From the IMG/VR virus record IMGVR_UViG_2671181114_000018: DNA of 29,945 bases; one strand, 5' to 3'. Below, piece after piece: positions 26,409 through 29,945 of the stretch. The DNA is from a virus (Duplodnaviria; Heunggongvirae; Uroviricota; Caudoviricetes). The notes beneath the pieces are model-generated. The model had not been told where the DNA came from. It did no database searches and worked only from the letters and a program-made list of their open reading frames with translations. Each line of letters starts with the position of its first letter. The stretch's first letter is position 1. The position numbers and the translations under genes are program-made.

Positions 26409-26627
26409 CTATATTCTGTACTGCTTGTTATATCTTTCATGCGTCATTAACTCCCAGCTTCTGCCCTTATCCTTACTAAGCAAACGCCAGCGATAGGAGA
26501 CATGAACAGAGAAATAATGATTTGGTTTTATAACCTGATATATCTTTTTGCCGTTGTAATATTCTGTCAGCGCTGAAAATGCCTTGTTAATGACACTTTC
26601 ACTTGCATGAGAGGTCACTTTCAGCAT
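26409..26627 (-). CDS. Hypothetical early protein
   Basis: 72-aa ORF immediately upstream of the primase-helicase gene in the same operon; AT-rich; no motif recognised. Confidence 0.35.
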   Translation of the reverse strand: MLKVTSHASESVINKAFSALTEYYNGKKIYQVIKPNHYFSVHVSYRWRLLSKDKGRSWELMTHERYNKQYRI

Positions 26628-26629
26628 AG

Positions 26630-27199
26630 TTATTTCACACTGGCTATTTTAACGAGATAAGTCCAGACGTAAGACACTAGTTTAGCCTGATAAATAGCGT
26701 CATATAGTGCATGGTGCGGTGTACCTTCAAATTTAATAATATTTTTGATGTTCAAACCTAAATCTTTGGCCAGCGCATTTATCGTCCTGACATCCCGGTC
26801 ATTCCAGTAATTCCACATCGGGCTTAACAAGCCTACCTTATTTGCAGCATGGCGGAGGATAACGTTATCAAACGACGCTCCATTACCCCAAACCTGTAAA
26901 TGATGTGCATCAGTGAGTTCACTGATAAAGTGGAAAAGGTCAGAAATGGCCGTATCCAGCGGACAATTCGCATCATTAATAATCTCGCTCCTTGCTTCGG
27001 AGGACTGACGCAGCCACCACAGAACTGTATCGGCTCCCATAGTGCAGTCGTAATCAACGCTACTTGCAAGACTGACACGGCGATAGAAAGTTTCCCCCAT
27101 TTCACCCGTTTCCGGATTAAATAATACAGCGCCAATAGCGGTAATTGCTGCCGTTGGTTTGTTATCCATTGTTTCAAGATCAATCATTAAATGTTTCAT
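26630..27199 (-). CDS. 3'-5' exonuclease (DnaQ-like fold)
   Basis: 189 aa beginning 'MKHLMIDLETMDNKPTAAITAIGAV...', an Exo I-type motif (D-x-E); later 'HHALYDA' resembles the Exo III motif. Common in P2-like early operons. Confidence 0.65.
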   Translation of the reverse strand: MKHLMIDLETMDNKPTAAITAIGAVLFNPETGEMGETFYRRVSLASSVDYDCTMGADTVLWWLRQSSEARSEIINDANCPLDTAISDLFHFISELTDAHHLQVWGNGASFDNVILRHAANKVGLLSPMWNYWNDRDVRTINALAKDLGLNIKNIIKFEGTPHHALYDAIYQAKLVSYVWTYLVKIASVK

Positions 27200-27208
27200 A
27201 TCGGTTCC

Positions 27209-27544
27209 TTAACGTTGGGAAGCTGCAACAGGTTTTAGATGGGAGTTATTTATTCTTAATGCGTTAGTCGCCAGAGACATAAGACCTGAAATATTGTTTT
27301 CGGTTGGGATGTTTCCACCGAACACCATAAGCGTGATTTTATGAAGTTCCTCAAAATCTTCACTGTCATTATTAAAACGAGCAGTAGAGGTTATACCTTC
27401 AAGACATTTTGCAAGCTGAATGTTTAATTCCATTAACTGCAAACCATCGCTATGAACAGAGAACGTTTCTTTATCAATGGCTTTAGCCTGAGCGTGATAA
27501 TTTTGCAACAGGCTGCGTATGAGAGTCGCGTATTTAGTTTTCAT
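27209..27544 (-). CDS. Hypothetical early protein
   Basis: Track ORF 27209-27577; likely start at internal Met 'MKTKYATLIR' (27544), just after the cox stop. No motif recognised. Confidence 0.35.
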   Translation of the reverse strand: MKTKYATLIRSLLQNYHAQAKAIDKETFSVHSDGLQLMELNIQLAKCLEGITSTARFNNDSEDFEELHKITLMVFGGNIPTENNISGLMSLATNALRINNSHLKPVAASQR

Positions 27545-27816
27545 CGTGGTTCTCCCAAACCCAGCCACATTAACCACCCATCCCTAATTTCCTTCGGGCG
27601 GCTCTCATACGCTAATTTCATTCCGTTGTTCCAAGCAGGAAGATAAATCCAATATTCTCCAGCTCGACCAGAGGTGGATTGCGGGTCTGTCATTTCAACA
27701 ATAGGTAATTTCCCTTTTTCAATCATCCCCTTTACAGCTCGCTCCGATTTTCCAATGAGCCGAGCGAATTCCTGATAGGGGACAGCATCGCTGGTTAGAA
27801 CAATTTGCTTAGTCAT
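27541..27816 (-). CDS. cox: Cox-like excisionase / early-promoter regulator
   Basis: 91 aa, first gene of the early operon, divergent from C. Length and sequence closely resemble P2 Cox as I recall it ('...IPYQEFAKLIGKS...GRAGEYW.YLPAWNNG...'). From memory. Confidence 0.75.
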   Translation of the reverse strand: MTKQIVLTSDAVPYQEFARLIGKSERAVKGMIEKGKLPIVEMTDPQSTSGRAGEYWIYLPAWNNGMKLAYESRPKEIRDGWLMWLGLGEPR

Positions 27817-27933
27817 TTCAAGCCCTCTCGCGGTTCTGAAATTGCCTTTAATGGCTTATAGTGTCCTCTGATGTTCAGTTTTAAACATCAAACAATCTAC
27901 ATCTAAATCAAATACTATTGAGATCTAAACACC
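27817..27933. promoter_or_regulatory. Immunity switch region between cox and C (early and repressor promoters with operator-like repeats)
   Basis: 117-bp AT-rich intergenic region between divergent genes. Direct repeats ATCTAAA at 27901-27907 and 27923-27929 (22-bp spacing) and palindrome tgatgtt-N8-aacatca (27869-27890). Promoter elements not individually assigned. Confidence 0.5.
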
Positions 27934-28233
27934 ATGTCAAACACGATAGGCGAAAAAATAGTACTAATTAGAAAGTCTGAATACCTAAGTCGACAGCAAC
28001 TAGCTGATATATCTGGCATTCCTTATGGGACTCTTAGTTATTACGAAAGCGGTCGTTCTACCCCTCCGACTGACGTTATGATGAAAATCCTCCAAACACC
28101 GCAGTTCACTAAATACACCCTATGGTTTATGACTGACCAAATCTCGCCAGAATCCGGTCAGATCGCGCCGGCTCTCGCACACTTTGGGCAAGATGCAACA
28201 ACCTCGCAGCCCTCAGACCAAAAGACTGGCTAA
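27934..28233 (+). CDS. C: Immunity repressor C (P2 C-type)
   Basis: 99 aa; 'MSNTIGEKIVLIRKSEYLSRQQLADISGIPYGTLSYYESGRSTPPTDVMMKILQTPQFTKYTLWFMTDQISPESGQIAPALAHFGQ' is near-identical to P2 C as I recall it, same length. Confidence 0.9.
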   Translation: MSNTIGEKIVLIRKSEYLSRQQLADISGIPYGTLSYYESGRSTPPTDVMMKILQTPQFTKYTLWFMTDQISPESGQIAPALAHFGQDATTSQPSDQKTG

Positions 28234-28348
28234 CCATTTACCGCGAATACATGCACCACAAGTGCATGCTACTGGCAGCTAAATTTTGCACCAGACATTA
28301 CAAAGAGTTAGGAACGAGAAGAGAACGAACCCATCGGAGGGCTTTCTT

Positions 28349-29362
28349 ATGACAGTTAAGAAACTCGATGATGGTCGGTATGAAGTGGATATCAGACCTG
28401 CCGGGCGCAACGGAAAGCGCATCCGCAGGAAGTTCGACAAAAAAAGCGAGGCTATCGCTTTCGAAAAACACACGCAGTACAACCACCACAACAAAGAATG
28501 GCTTTCGAAGCCGACAGACAAGCGGCGTCTGTCAGAGCTAACGGCTATATGGTGGGAGTTGAAAGGAAAGCACGAGGAACACGGAAAATCTAATCTTGGG
28601 AAAATTGAAATATTTACCCGGATAACTGATGACCCCTGTGCGTTCCAGATAACGAAAGCACTTATCAGCCAGTACAGCGCTACCCGCAGAAGCCAGGGTA
28701 TAAAGCCATCAAGCATTAACCGGGATTTAACCTGCATAAGTGGCATGTTCACCGCATTAATTGAGGCTGAATTGTTCTTCGGTGATCACCCGATACGCGG
28801 TACGAAAAGACTGAAAGAACAGAAGCCGGAAACCGGCTATCTGACACAGGATGAAATTAGCTTGTTGCTTTCGCAACTGGACGGAGACAACAAGAAGATT
28901 GCGATTCTTTGTCTTAGTACCGGCGCAAGATGGGGTGAAGCCGCGCGGCTGAAAGCGGAGAACGTGATCCATAACCGCTGTACGTTTGTTAAAACCAAAA
29001 CGAACAAACCACGCACTGTGCCAATTTCTGACGAGGTGGCAAATATGATCGCCAACAACAAGCGAGGCTTTCTTTTTCCGGATGCAAACTATCCAGCATT
29101 CAGACGGTTGATGAAGGAACTGAAACCTGATCTTCCGGCCGGACAAGCAACCCACGCATTGCGTCACAGCTTCGCAACCCATTTCATGATTAACGGTGGG
29201 AGCATCATCACGCTGCAACGTATCCTTGGCCATTCGCGAATTGAGCAAACTATGGTCTACGCACACTTTGCCCCGGAATACTTGCAGGACGCGATCGCCC
29301 TCAATCCGTTACGTGGAGGAATTGAGGTTCAGAGTGTCCACACAGTGTCCACAGACGAGTAA
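28349..29362 (+). CDS. int: Tyrosine integrase (P2 Int-type)
   Basis: Track ORF starts at 28286 with TTG; real start is Met 'MTVKKLDDGRYEVDIRPAGRNGKRIRRKF' at 28349 with GGAGGG upstream. Catalytic C-terminal 'HALRHSFATHFMINGGSIITLQRILGHSRIEQTMVYAHF' (R..H-x-x-R...Y). Downstream of C as in P2. Confidence 0.9.
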   Translation: MTVKKLDDGRYEVDIRPAGRNGKRIRRKFDKKSEAIAFEKHTQYNHHNKEWLSKPTDKRRLSELTAIWWELKGKHEEHGKSNLGKIEIFTRITDDPCAFQITKALISQYSATRRSQGIKPSSINRDLTCISGMFTALIEAELFFGDHPIRGTKRLKEQKPETGYLTQDEISLLLSQLDGDNKKIAILCLSTGARWGEAARLKAENVIHNRCTFVKTKTNKPRTVPISDEVANMIANNKRGFLFPDANYPAFRRLMKELKPDLPAGQATHALRHSFATHFMINGGSIITLQRILGHSRIEQTMVYAHFAPEYLQDAIALNPLRGGIEVQSVHTVSTDE

Positions 29363-29446
29363 CTAAATATGGCTTTCAGTGGTCTTGTGTGCCGCGCAAA
29401 CCCGCATTGCACCGTTGAAAGCCCCTATTGTAAGGGTACATAAACG

Positions 29447-29469
29447 CCCTTACACGGGCTTATTTTTTT
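29447..29469. other. Phage attachment-site core (prophage right junction), P2-type core
   Basis: cccttacacgggcttattttttt is the reverse complement of the P2 att core AAAAAATAAGCCCGTGTAAGGG as I remember it; about 85 bp downstream of int, within a hairpin (gtaaggg...cccttac) plus T-run. Confidence 0.6.
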
Positions 29470-29627
29470 ATGCATAAGCCCTATCTCTGGTAACCGTCTT
29501 CCATTGACCACATCGATAGAATCCTCCTTCATAGCACGATGCCTTTCACTTATCGGCATCGTGCTCCCACAAGTTCCGGCTACGCACAGCCAGAACGCGC
29601 ATATTTGACGCTTACCAAAAAATATTC

Positions 29628-29945
29628 TCACTCTCCACATTTGAATGTCAGACGAGCGACACCATGTAATCCTACACCTTCTGTCTTCAGCTCAACTATT
29701 TGCATTTTTTTGCCCTGAGTAACACAGAAATGAGTTGCATCATTTTTTACTATATTTTCTGCACCAGATATTCTACCCCTGGCTAAAGAAGCTTCGGCTT
29801 CGGTGTAGTATTGGTTATCGAGTTTACGCTGAATATTACTTTTATATGCAAGACCAAATTTACCGATACTTGTCTCATCATTATGCACAGCACAACCAGA
29901 CATAATAAAAATACTAATTAATGATATAGCAGCTATCTTTTTCAT
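29628..29945 (-). CDS. Small lipoprotein (probably flanking, non-phage gene)
   Basis: 105 aa starting at the window edge; signal peptide with lipobox 'IMSGC' (MKKIAAISLISIFIMSGCAV). AT-rich; outside the att core. Confidence 0.55.
   Translation of the reverse strand: MKKIAAISLISIFIMSGCAVHNDETSIGKFGLAYKSNIQRKLDNQYYTEAEASLARGRISGAENIVKNDATHFCVTQGKKMQIVELKTEGVGLHGVARLTFKCGE

Noticed and set aside
29425-29640. 71-aa minus-strand ORF spanning the att core and hairpins
   Set aside because: Crosses the attachment site and terminator structures with no RBS; almost certainly spurious.

Overview
Almost the whole window (about 2.3 to 29.5 kb) is one P2-like (Peduovirus-type) temperate myovirus prophage, lying in reverse orientation relative to the usual P2 map. 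All calls rest on reading the translated ORFs, gene order and the DNA by eye; no database search, HMM or GC calculation was run. Right to left it contains: a P2-type att core (29447-29469), integrase, C repressor, Cox, a short early operon ending in a P4-alpha-type primase-helicase, an AT-rich cargo gene, an Ogr/Delta-like zinc-finger activator coupled to portal Q, the divergent P-Q / O-N-M-L capsid-packaging block, then one long minus-strand late operon (R, S, sheath, tube, holin, endolysin, overlapping spanins, frameshifted tail chaperone, tape measure, Mu-like baseplate genes, tail fibre, fibre chaperone, hub-spike) closed by a terminator at 2346-2370. The best candidates for something undescribed are the two AT-rich accessory genes: a membrane/coiled-coil protein with a collagen-like GLQ tandem repeat at the replication-packaging junction (22591-23598), and an FRG-motif Cys-rich protein at the left edge (1-1365). 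Next to the latter is a roughly 290 bp array of about 12 TGTGA(C/T)GG octamers bounded by 19 bp inverted repeats around an AT-rich core, which I read as a possible origin or crr-like element for the alpha-type replicase. A textbook -1 frameshift site (A AAA AAC) in the tail chaperone is also visible. No rRNA, tRNA or CRISPR array was seen, and neither the cos site nor the left prophage boundary could be located.
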